Shown here: piece after piece, positions 20,601 to 28,671 of the stretch
Layout: every line of letters starts with the position of its first letter
Numbering within the stretch: position 1 is the first letter of the stretch
Assembly: GCA_023150835.1 (NCBI GenBank)
Contig: JAKLKB010000069.1
Coordinates: forward strand, 1-32,572
Direction of reading: 5' to 3'
From: Myxococcota bacterium
GTDB lineage: Bacteria > Myxococcota_C > UBA6777
Length of the DNA stretch: 32,572 nucleotides
Program-made: the position numbers and the translations under genes
The notes under the pieces: model-generated
Seen by the model: the letters and a program-made list of their open reading frames with translations, nothing else
Databases searched by the model: none
What the model was told of the DNA's origin: nothing

Positions 20601-20799
20601 GATGACCTCGCTCACCACGATCCTTGGTCTGTTGCCGATGGCGATCGGTGCAGGAGAAGGCGGCGAGGCCCAAGCGCCCCTTGCACGCGCCGTGATCGGC
20701 GGCCTCTTGAGTTCAACGATCATCACACTCTACTTTGTTCCTGCCTTCTACCAACTCTATTACCAACGATTCTCCGCCCCCACCCCACCAAGCGCATAA
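17692..20799 (+). CDS. RND efflux permease (AcrB/MdtC/SwrC-like, HAE1)
   Basis: 1035 aa; motifs [30 protein letters not shown] and RLRPILMT; starts 3 nt after the adaptor stop. Confidence 0.96.
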   Translation: MSLAGLSVRRPVLVSMVTLIAVLLGGVAFFRLPVDLMPDVSFPTLSVSSTYENASPEEIEQLLTRPLEEALNAVPGVQEVSSVSMEGNCQIRVTFSWGIDLEAAANDIRDRMDRVIAKLPEQATRPTMRKFDPASQPILILGVSSEIPMMQAKRIIEDQVKQRIERVPGVASLDILGGDEREVHVDIYTGKMRSLGLSLDQLLQRLKAENLNSPAGPIERGNIEVNLRTVGQYQKLEDLENTVVFVRDGAPIYLKTIARVSDTRKKRAQVVRVDRKPGIRLAIQKQAGTNTVEVARRVLKELEGVNRDITALSIIPITDNSKYIERSINNIGESVYSGGLLAVLVILLFLRNFRSTIVIALSIPISIICTFALVYFAGYTLNLMTLGGLALGVGMLVDNSIVVLENIYRHREEGASPIDAAIRGGDELTASVIASTLTTLVVFLPLIFARGVSGALFKQLAYVVAFALVCSLVVALTLVPMFAARLLTQDADAPKDPKSWSVRLFALSEKVLTSIESWYGRSLGKTLSAPGTLMGSVLLMMLASLLCLRGIGFELMPAADEGELRLSIKMEPGIRIPIIEEKVRQLEEIVAKRVPELVNMETRVGGGGWRGGGTNTGEIRMVLSPRTQRKRSSEQVAASLLRDVQKIPGLTVRVRVSKGLFVLQRAMGGGDEKIQLEVRGFDLKKTSEIARKIQALAEDIPGVTDAQLSQTAESTNPERFLQIDRQKAGELNLSVTQIANLLQTVFTGTVVGYYREDGKEYPIRVQFRDANKLSLAEIETLTLTSSTNQVVQLGSILRSESRQGPGRIERRAQQRIVTLAVNVVGRDNSAVVEELRRAIDTLPKQPGVYVAFTGDLEEQQKAFVELIFSILLSLLLVYMVMASLYENFSDPFIVMGSVPLAAIGVLVTLYLTDTTLNMQSMIGCMMLGGIVVNNAILLVDTSNQMRQEHPNIGLSTVLQDAATRRLRPILMTSLTTILGLLPMAIGAGEGGEAQAPLARAVIGGLLSSTIITLYFVPAFYQLYYQRFSAPTPPSA

Positions 20800-20801
20800 C
20801 A

Positions 20802-20917
20802 ACGAAATCCGAGAGAAGTGTGCATGAAGGGAGGGTGCGCTCTGCTGTAGACGCCCTGTCCTTGGGCAGCCACATCTTGCCCCTACATCTTTCGTGTACG
20901 CGATGAGCGGATTTCGT
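20802..20917. mobile_element. MITE-like element family B with a perfect 10-bp TIR and internal REP hairpin
   Basis: ACGAAATCCG (20802-20811) and CGGATTTCGT (20908-20917); internal GGGCAGCCACATCTTGCCCCTAC. Confidence 0.75.
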
Positions 20918-21043
20918 ATGGCTCCTCTTCGCACAAGGCTACCGCCCGAAAGTATCGCATTCGTATCACGCCCTAGCCCGAAAGCCTTGTGTGGAGTAGA
21001 GTGGCAGGGGAAGCTACGTGTTGGCTTGGAATGGAGGTGATTC

Positions 21044-23272
21044 ATGCAAAAGGCGCGATGGTTCGGGGTGTTTCTGTGTGTATGGGTTTGGACCCAATAC
21101 TCAGTTCAGGCGTGGGGCTATGGCGAAGACAAAGGGGCTTATCCCAACGTACAAGAGCGGATCAATCACTATCTGGTCAACCGCGCTCGCGTCGATCCGA
21201 ACCCTTACAAGGGGCAAAGCGACACCCAAACCTACACCATCCCCTACCGACCGCCCTATCGCTGGCACGAAAAACTCAACCACGTAGCGCGCTTTCAGGC
21301 GCAACACATCGGCGGTTATATGGGCGCAGGAAAAAACAGCGGCAAAGGCTGTTGGTGTAGTGACCACAGCTCTTGTTGCAAGCTGGGGGTAGTCAACAAC
21401 GAAGTCCAATGCACCGATGCCAACTGGGCTTGTGGTGCGACCACATGGGGAGCGCGTTGCCAGCTTTTTGGTGTGGGCTGTTCGGGCGAGAATATGTATT
21501 CTGGGGCGGGTGGGATATCTTCTTTTAAAGCGTGGGCGAATTCGTCAGGCCACTGGAAAAATATGATGGGCGGCTCGACTCACCTCGGCGTGGGGATCGC
21601 GAGTGGATCGGTCCAAAACTTCAGCGGCGGGGATCGTGGAACCTTTCCATTGTTTTCGGGGATGCACTTCAAGGAAACGGCGGCTTCCACAGGCCAGACA
21701 ACGACCTTTGGGATCGTCTTTTATCACGCCACCGAGGCCGTCGCGATCAGTCGCGTCGTATTTGCCAACGAATGCTACACAATGTACCGAAAACACGGCG
21801 TGGATGACAAACACGGAGCCTTTGAAACACAGCTTATTCTTCCATCCACAGGCTGCCAACGTTATGTGTTTCATGTACAAACCACCACAGGCCAGAGTTA
21901 TACGTATCCAAGCACAGGCTCTTTCGCGTTCAACGACGACGAGAAGTCTTGCCCATTTTGGTCCTCTCAAGCCCTCACACTGCCTGCCGCCTGCCAACAA
22001 GTCCCGCCGCCTTGTCAAGAGGGCGCAACACAGCCCTGTTATCCGGGGCCTGCGACGATCGCCGATGTAGGGATCTGCAAAAAAGGAACGCAAGTTTGCA
22101 AGGGCGGTCGATGGGGGGCTTGCACAGGCTTTGTGGCTCCAAGCAACGAGGTATGCGGAGACAACCTCGACAACAACTGCAACGGACAAGTCGACGAAAA
22201 TCCGCCATGCGAGTGCAAAACACAAGGCGAAAAGCGTAACTGTTATACAGGCCCCCCAAATACCCGAGGCATCGGCATCTGCAAAGATGGAACGCAAACC
22301 TGTTCCAACTTTCGTTGGGGAGCTTGCAGTGGAGAAACCAAGCCGCTGGCAACGGATTATTGCGGAAACAGCAAAGACGACAACTGCGACGGAACGGTCG
22401 ATGACGGATGTACGGGCTGCACAGATGGAGACAAGCGCCCTTGCGTCGATGGAGCCCCAACCAACGTGATCGGGATCGGCGAATGCAAGCCGGGCAGCCA
22501 GACCTGCACAGGCGGCGCATGGGGTCTTTGCCAAGGCATCACGCTGCCCAAGACAGAAGTCTGCAACGACAACAAAGACAACAACTGCAACGGCGTCCTC
22601 GATGAAAACTGCGCTTGCACCAAACAAGGCGAGACACGGCCTTGTTATGGGGGTCTTCCCAAGACCCAAGGCGTGGGGCCGTGTAAAGCGGGCGTACAAA
22701 CCTGCAATTCCCGATGGAGCACGTGCCAAGGACAAGTGCTCCCACGCAGCGAGATCTGCGGCAACCAAATCGACGACGACTGCGACGGCGTAATCGACAA
22801 CGGCTGCCCCACCGAGCCGACCACCGAAGTCACCACCGAACCCCAAAAAGAAGCCGCCACCGAGCCGATCGCGGAGCCTCCGCAAGAAAGCGTAGACGCG
22901 GATGCTTCCCCCCAAGAATCGGCTCCTTCCGACGAGACCACCCTCAACGACACCCTGCCGCTGCCCGATCCTGTGTCGGCGGAAGAAGACACCGAATCGC
23001 CACAACAAGACCAACCTCCACAAGACAACGGATCCGCTGACACGACGCAAACAACCGATACAACGCAACAAGACGCCTCCACAAACGAGGCCCCGTCCTC
23101 TGATCAAGGCGTACCCTCCGCTGGTTGTGGATGTCAAACATCGCCCTCTTCGTTTTCTTGGTTTACGTTGTGCCTACTGCTAGTTCTGTTTCGGCGTCGC
23201 GGCTTGCGTAGAAAGACCAAAACCAACAACCCAACGAACTCCAATCCACCCATCGGGACTTTCACGGCTTGA
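21044..23272 (+). CDS. Surface protein: CAP/SCP domain, Cys-rich D-N-N-C-D/N-G-x-x-D repeats, acidic linker, MYXO-CTERM-like anchor
   Basis: CAP motifs GEN, W-x-NSSGH-x-x-N and LGVG; four GxC-x-x-G-x-Q-x-C...DNNCNG-type units; C-terminal GCGC-TM-RRR; GGAGG RBS. Confidence 0.88.
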   Translation: MQKARWFGVFLCVWVWTQYSVQAWGYGEDKGAYPNVQERINHYLVNRARVDPNPYKGQSDTQTYTIPYRPPYRWHEKLNHVARFQAQHIGGYMGAGKNSGKGCWCSDHSSCCKLGVVNNEVQCTDANWACGATTWGARCQLFGVGCSGENMYSGAGGISSFKAWANSSGHWKNMMGGSTHLGVGIASGSVQNFSGGDRGTFPLFSGMHFKETAASTGQTTTFGIVFYHATEAVAISRVVFANECYTMYRKHGVDDKHGAFETQLILPSTGCQRYVFHVQTTTGQSYTYPSTGSFAFNDDEKSCPFWSSQALTLPAACQQVPPPCQEGATQPCYPGPATIADVGICKKGTQVCKGGRWGACTGFVAPSNEVCGDNLDNNCNGQVDENPPCECKTQGEKRNCYTGPPNTRGIGICKDGTQTCSNFRWGACSGETKPLATDYCGNSKDDNCDGTVDDGCTGCTDGDKRPCVDGAPTNVIGIGECKPGSQTCTGGAWGLCQGITLPKTEVCNDNKDNNCNGVLDENCACTKQGETRPCYGGLPKTQGVGPCKAGVQTCNSRWSTCQGQVLPRSEICGNQIDDDCDGVIDNGCPTEPTTEVTTEPQKEAATEPIAEPPQESVDADASPQESAPSDETTLNDTLPLPDPVSAEEDTESPQQDQPPQDNGSADTTQTTDTTQQDASTNEAPSSDQGVPSAGCGCQTSPSSFSWFTLCLLLVLFRRRGLRRKTKTNNPTNSNPPIGTFTA

Positions 23273-25731
23273 CAGCCTGCACGTTGAACTTGAGTCGGAC
23301 AATTCGCTCCTTCGCAAAGCGGTTGTGTAGAAGAGCAAGCGTTGTCTTTCCCGCAAGTGGCGGGTTGGAGGGCTTTTGATGTTTCAAGCCACGAAGTCAT
23401 CCCACCCTCTTGACAAACGCCTTGGTAACAAAGCGCTCCCTCCGAACAACCGCAATCTGTCGGGCAACTCTCGCAATCTTCGCCATAGGTACAGACGCCA
23501 TCCCCGCAGCGCGGCCCCTGCTCTTTTTGCAAACAGTAGCCCAAGCCGCCCGCTAAACCGCCTTGACAATGTTTTCCCTGCGGGCATCCATGCACCGTAG
23601 AGCACCCACAATACCCTTCTCCAACCCGTTCTCCCGCGATCACACAAGCCCCGCCTGTTTGTGCGCACCCGTCCGACGCTCCCCAAACACACGGTTCCAA
23701 GCACAACGAGCCTCGGCTGGTCGTCGCGCATTTGAGTCCTTGCGCGCATCCATACAATCCCCCACACGTTTCTCCGACTTCGCGGGGGCGGCGACAAACA
23801 CAGGCGAGACTATTGACATGGCAATCAACCTCTTTGTTTGCGTCTTTGCAGACGCTGCCTGCCAAACAGCCCACTTCGCCAAGAGACGGCGGCGGCGGCG
23901 CACAAGCTCCCAGTTCTTTGCGAAAGACACGTCGAAACAGATCTTTTTCGCAATGGCCTGTCTTACAGTCTTTGTCTTGATTGCATACGCAAGATCTTCC
24001 AACTCCTTTGATCTCAGCGCAACGCCCGCCTTGCGAACAATCCTGATCTGAGATACAGGTTTGTGCGAAACAAATAGGTGTCTGGTATCCCGCAACTTCG
24101 CGACAAAAACCGCCCAAAGCACAAGCCCCGTCTCGACAAAACGATCCCGGGATCCCCAACGATCGCTCCATCTCCTTTTTTGCAGGCAAGCCACACAACC
24201 GCTGGCAGATACGTTGGTTGTTGTGATCGTAAGCGCAGCGCAAACCGGGAGAACAAGGATGTTGATCGTCACAAGGCTGATCCAAATCTCGCCCTTTGCT
24301 GCGCTCGCAACGCCCAAAGCGACAGATCTGTGTGGCGGGGCAATCCCGATCGCTTTGGCAGCCGCACATCCCGTCGTTGGGTACACAAGAACGCCCACCC
24401 GCGATATCTTGGCAGCGAAAGCCCATCGGGCAATAAACATCTGCAACGCAATCCTGCAAACAGCGGGATGCTTCTTTGCCCAAACGCACGCACCGCTGCC
24501 CAACACCACACACTCCCCCTTCGCACGCTGCACACACCCCGACTTGAACGCTTAGAACGGGTGCAACACAACGCCCTTTCTCGCATCGCTCAACCGCACC
24601 ACAATCTGCATCTTTCTTACATACTTCTTCTTTACATAAGCCAGATATAGGGATACATTGGCGAACGCCGAAAAGCACACCACAAGCATAGTCTCGCGGA
24701 CACTCGTCTGCACCGCCGCAAGCCTGCAAACAACGCCGTCCTTCCGCCATGCGCGCACAGAGATTGCTGCCGCCACCACACTGCTGCGAGACACTACAAG
24801 GCCGACACAACGAAGGATGCGGAGCATCCATCACAAGCTCACAACGCCCCTGCGCGCAACGTGCGCCCGCGCCACATTCCGCATCTTGCTTGCAGGGTAG
24901 AACGGATTGCGCTTGCGTTTGCGTGATCCACGCTCGGTAAGTGTCGACACGAAACGCCACAGATGTCCCGTCACAACGAGCCTGCCCCCACTCGGTTCGT
25001 GTTCCCATCCCGTACGAAGCCACCGCGACCACTCGCCATCCGCCCTTTTCTTCCAACAAAACGCTACCACCCGAATCCCCATGACATGCACTTTTTCCCA
25101 CAGCATACCCCTCCAATCGATCCGAGGAAAGCTGTGTCATCGGCAAGAAGATCTCGTATCTTCGCAACGCATGAACTGGAAAAGGTTCCGTTTGCAACCA
25201 ACCAAACCCGATCCACCGCGTCTGCGTCCCCAACGCCACCCCATCCAACGAGCGAGACGACAACAACAACGGCGGTGTGTGCCGCACCATACGCTCCAAA
25301 AACAACAAGCCGATATCGTCTTGTGGGATCTTTCCGTCTTCGGCTGACCACGTCGGATAATTCACCGCCTTTTTCACCCGATAAAAAGCCTCCACACTCT
25401 CCTCGCCGACGTGTACACTCACCCGCCACTCCACCACATTTCCTGCTTTGTGCAAGCGCTGAACTTCTTCTGCGCAATGCGCTGCCGTCAGGATCGTTCT
25501 CGCTTCGATCAATGTACCCGAGCAAAAAGCCTGTTGGCGATGAACCACCAAAGCCCCCACCGCTTGATGCTCTCGTTCAAGCGTTCCTCCCAACAACCCA
25601 AACGATCGCTGCGCGGGTTCGCCCTCTTCCACCAAGGCCGAGCACCCCATCTGAAGCCCGATCGCACACCACAACCATGCCCAACACGCAAAAGTACCCA
25701 TGCGTCTCATGACACTTTTTGTACGCCCCAT
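23134..25731 (-). CDS. S1 (trypsin-like) serine protease with extensive Cys-rich repeats and MYXO-CTERM-like anchor
   Basis: Intact triad motifs TAAHC, DIGL and GDSGG; long Cys-rich region; C-terminal GCQ-TM-RKPRRR. The start could instead be at 25710. Confidence 0.9.
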   Translation of the reverse strand: MGRTKSVMRRMGTFACWAWLWCAIGLQMGCSALVEEGEPAQRSFGLLGGTLEREHQAVGALVVHRQQAFCSGTLIEARTILTAAHCAEEVQRLHKAGNVVEWRVSVHVGEESVEAFYRVKKAVNYPTWSAEDGKIPQDDIGLLFLERMVRHTPPLLLSSRSLDGVALGTQTRWIGFGWLQTEPFPVHALRRYEIFLPMTQLSSDRLEGYAVGKSACHGDSGGSVLLEEKGGWRVVAVASYGMGTRTEWGQARCDGTSVAFRVDTYRAWITQTQAQSVLPCKQDAECGAGARCAQGRCELVMDAPHPSLCRPCSVSQQCGGGSNLCARMAEGRRCLQACGGADECPRDYACGVLFGVRQCIPISGLCKEEVCKKDADCGAVERCEKGRCVAPVLSVQVGVCAACEGGVCGVGQRCVRLGKEASRCLQDCVADVYCPMGFRCQDIAGGRSCVPNDGMCGCQSDRDCPATQICRFGRCERSKGRDLDQPCDDQHPCSPGLRCAYDHNNQRICQRLCGLPAKKEMERSLGIPGSFCRDGACALGGFCREVAGYQTPICFAQTCISDQDCSQGGRCAEIKGVGRSCVCNQDKDCKTGHCEKDLFRRVFRKELGACAPPPPSLGEVGCLAGSVCKDANKEVDCHVNSLACVCRRPREVGETCGGLYGCAQGLKCATTSRGSLCLEPCVWGASDGCAQTGGACVIAGERVGEGYCGCSTVHGCPQGKHCQGGLAGGLGYCLQKEQGPRCGDGVCTYGEDCESCPTDCGCSEGALCYQGVCQEGGMTSWLETSKALQPATCGKDNACSSTQPLCEGANCPTQVQRAGCQAVKVPMGGLEFVGLLVLVFLRKPRRRNRTSSRHNVNQENEEGDV

Positions 25732-25802
25732 GACGCAATTCTCTTTCTACGCTTTTTTGCGATTTTTGACTGGATAGAGGCCCCTTGCCGACGCGGGTTT
25801 TG

Positions 25803-25925
25803 TGGGGTTTGACCCCACACCCCACAAGGGAGCTTTGCCCCCTTGACCCCGTATCGGCGGGGTGATCATTGGTTTTTCAAACAAACACCTCTGCCGCTTG
25901 AAGTGTCACGAACACGGCTTTTTTT
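25803..25925 (+). repeat. Dispersed repeat family A, copy 4
   Basis: TGGGGTTTGACCCCACACCCCACAAGGGAGCTTTGCCCCCTTGACCCCGTATCGGCG...GTTTTTCAAAC...CGCTTGAA...CACGAACACGGCTTTTTTT. Confidence 0.85.
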
Positions 25926-25944
25926 GGCTACTGCGTAATACGAA

Positions 25945-26060
25945 TAGGACTTACGCAGTTCGATACGAAAAAGGCCCCTGTTCGGGCGCGGGCGGTTCGC
26001 GAACCGCCCCTACAACAGGTTGAGTCTTCACGGTTTCCTTTTTCAACCGCGTCACTCCTA
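25945..26060. mobile_element. Putative MITE-like element C (imperfect TIR TAGGACTTACGC) with a canonical GTAG-REP
   Basis: TAGGACTTACGC at 25945 and GCGTCACTCCTA at 26049-26060 (10/12 complementary); GGGCGGTTCGCGAACCGCCCCTAC at 25990-26013. Confidence 0.55.
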
Positions 26061-26175
26061 TACGAAATCCGCCCGTTGTCTGATCGTAAAGATGTAGGGG
26101 CAGCCCCCTGTGGCTGCCCAAGAATAGGGCACCTACGTACTCTCCGTTGTGCACACATCACACGGATCTCGTATA
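26059..26175. mobile_element. MITE-like element family B, TA at both ends
   Basis: TATACGAAATCCG and CGGATCTCGTATA (12/13 complementary); internal GTAGGGGCAGCCCCCTGTGGCTGCCC. Confidence 0.75.
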
Positions 26176-26197
26176 AGTCTTACAAAAAGAGAAATAA

Positions 26198-28390
26198 TTA
26201 AACAGAACTTCTCGATAAACAAGGCAGATCCGAACCCGTAGGAGAAAGGCTGCTGGTCTGTAAAGCTTCAAAAGAGGCCACCTGTTCGGCAAGATAGGTT
26301 TCGGCCCGAACCAGCACGGAAGCATCGCCAACCGCCAAGGGGCGCGAGAAATAATAACCCTGCCCTGCGGTGCAACCATCTCTCAAAAGCAAACGTCGCT
26401 GATGTTCGGTTTCGATGCCTTCTGCGATCACGCCCATCTCCAGATGTTGCGCAAGAGACAAGATCATCCGCACGATCGAGCGCCCACCCTGCTCCTCCAA
26501 ACGATTCACAAAGGAACGATCAATTTTGATCACATCAACAGGGAATTGGTGGAGATAACTCAACGAAGAATAGCCCGTACCAAAGTCGTCCATACAGATC
26601 TCGATCCCGAACGCTCGCAAGCCCTTCAATATCTCCATCGCAAGCGCCATGTCCTCCATCAAGATGCTCTCTGTGATCTCGATCTTTAACCAATCGGGCG
26701 ATATCTCGGTCTCTTGAAGCAATCGCCGCATACGTTCGAGAAGATGGGGCGTCGCAAGCTGCTTGCTCGAAAAATTCACATGAACAGCCAAGTCTTTTCC
26801 TTGTTCTCTGCCTTGGTTCCAGAACGCGATCTGACGACAAGCCTGCTCCAACACCCACCAGCCGATCTTGATGATCGCCCCCGACGACTCCGCAAGCGGG
26901 ATGAATTCGACAGGCGACACAAACCCCCTTGAGGGGTGCATCCAACGCAGCAACACCTCAAATCCTTGCAACAACCCGCTTTGCAACGAAACCAAGGGCT
27001 GGTACACCAACGAGAGTTCTCCTCGTTCGCATGCTTCCCAAAGATCACGTTCCAACTGCAAGCGCGCACGCAGTTTTTGCTCCGCCATGAAGTCGAACAG
27101 ATGAAAGCCCCCGTTGCGTTCTTTTTGTGCTTGACGCAACGCAAGGTCTGCACATCCCAACAGATCCTCGGCAGTACGGCATTTTTCGTGGTGCTGCGCG
27201 ATTCCGAAACTCACGCTTGGATGGGCATGGCAAGATTCGATCTGGAAAGGTTCGGACAAGGCTTTTGACCATTCTCTTGCGGTCTGCAAAAGAGCTTCTT
27301 GCGAAGCAACATCACGCACGAGCACCGCAAACTCATCGCTGCCGACACGGCCAAGCAATGCCCCCGTCTGTGCGCTCTTTCCCAAGCGGCTGGCGATCTC
27401 CTGCAAAAAGCGATCACCCACCGAAAATCCGTAACTATCGTTGATTTGAGAAAAACGATCGATATCGAACAGAAAAAGCGCGATCTGTCTTCCAACAAGA
27501 ACGGCCTCGCGCCATTCTTCACGCAATGCCTCCAAAAATGCCTCGCGATGCAAAAAGCCCGTCAGCACATCGCAACGTGCGCGGAATGTCAAATGTTGCT
27601 CCGTTGGCATCCGACGCACCATCGCCATCATCGTCCCGATCATCCGAAGCGGTTGCTGCTGCGCATCGCGAAGACACATCCCTCGCATCTGAACCCACAC
27701 ACGCCGCCCGTCTTTGCGCAAAAACCGCGTTTCGTAAAAGAAAGAAGGCTCCTTGGCTTCCCATGCCCCCCACATCACATGCTGCAACGACTGCCGCTCA
27801 TCTGGATGCACCAACAACAACCATTGTTGCCAAGTCAACCCACTCAACTCTCCCGTTTCATACCCGAGCAGGCGCTCGCAACCTGTATGTAAGCTTAATT
27901 TCCCTGAAACGCAGTCCCATTCCCACAAATTGTCTTCTGCGCTTTGTGACAAAAGTTCTCTTGTTTGTTTGATCTTTTTTTGATCGCCTTCTAGGGCATG
28001 GTATCGCACCAAAGAATCCAACAACAAGCGCATCGAGTCTTCGGTCATCCGCTCCAGCGACACTCCCACCGCTACCTTTGACCACACAGAGCGCGGAATA
28101 TGCTCGGCTTCTGACAAGTCCAACAAAACCAACGATATCGCGCCACGATGGGCTGCGCAAAACGTATGAAGGCGGGCATAATCAAACAAAGCATCCGGCC
28201 ACAAAAAAATCGCCAAATGATGCGCTTCTCTCCACTTTTCTTCTCTTTCCAAACGATCCAGATCGCAAAAAAGAACCTCGCGACCACTCTCTTTGGGCCA
28301 CAATACCATCAATTTTCGGAAATGTGCTGCGTCTCTCCCCAAAAACACGGATGGAAATCGCGCTGTATGACTCTGATGTGCCTTGGACAT
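26198..28390 (-). CDS. PAS-GGDEF-EAL protein, probable c-di-GMP phosphodiesterase with a degenerate cyclase site
   Basis: PAS/PAC motifs (WEWD, VHPDER, RKDG..VW); cyclase motif reads GSDEF; EAL domain with YQP, EVLLRW, EITE, DDFGTGYSSL, KID and AEGIE. Confidence 0.93.
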   Translation of the reverse strand: MSKAHQSHTARFPSVFLGRDAAHFRKLMVLWPKESGREVLFCDLDRLEREEKWREAHHLAIFLWPDALFDYARLHTFCAAHRGAISLVLLDLSEAEHIPRSVWSKVAVGVSLERMTEDSMRLLLDSLVRYHALEGDQKKIKQTRELLSQSAEDNLWEWDCVSGKLSLHTGCERLLGYETGELSGLTWQQWLLLVHPDERQSLQHVMWGAWEAKEPSFFYETRFLRKDGRRVWVQMRGMCLRDAQQQPLRMIGTMMAMVRRMPTEQHLTFRARCDVLTGFLHREAFLEALREEWREAVLVGRQIALFLFDIDRFSQINDSYGFSVGDRFLQEIASRLGKSAQTGALLGRVGSDEFAVLVRDVASQEALLQTAREWSKALSEPFQIESCHAHPSVSFGIAQHHEKCRTAEDLLGCADLALRQAQKERNGGFHLFDFMAEQKLRARLQLERDLWEACERGELSLVYQPLVSLQSGLLQGFEVLLRWMHPSRGFVSPVEFIPLAESSGAIIKIGWWVLEQACRQIAFWNQGREQGKDLAVHVNFSSKQLATPHLLERMRRLLQETEISPDWLKIEITESILMEDMALAMEILKGLRAFGIEICMDDFGTGYSSLSYLHQFPVDVIKIDRSFVNRLEEQGGRSIVRMILSLAQHLEMGVIAEGIETEHQRRLLLRDGCTAGQGYYFSRPLAVGDASVLVRAETYLAEQVASFEALQTSSLSPTGSDLPCLSRSSV

Positions 28391-28671
28391 GATCGAACAC
28401 TCCTACCTTTCCGTTCCTTGTGAAGGCAAAATATTGTAACGATTGATAAACACACGATCTGTGTGTCGTGCAACTTTCTTCATCGCTTACAACTATACGC
28501 CCACTTCGTACCAACCTTGAGACCTTTACCTTTTTTTTGCTGCCCCCTTTAGGTTTTGTGATGGCTTCCGTTTCCCTTTGGTTGAGATGCTCAAGATCAT
28601 ACGACCCAGAAAAGAAAGTCTCTTTATTCTTCAACAAAGAAACTTTCTTTATTCAAAGGAAAGATACGATC

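Noticed and set aside
21545-23137. 530-aa antisense ORF (similarly 1026-2063, 2136-3095, 13916-14878, 30946-31824)
   Set aside because: Shadow frames opposite better-supported genes, with no recognisable motifs.
28423-28456. AAGGCAAAATATTGTAACGATTG as a c-di-GMP-I riboswitch
   Set aside because: Has the GGCAAA start but lacks the GACGCAAA element and a well-paired P2 stem; more likely AT-rich promoter DNA.
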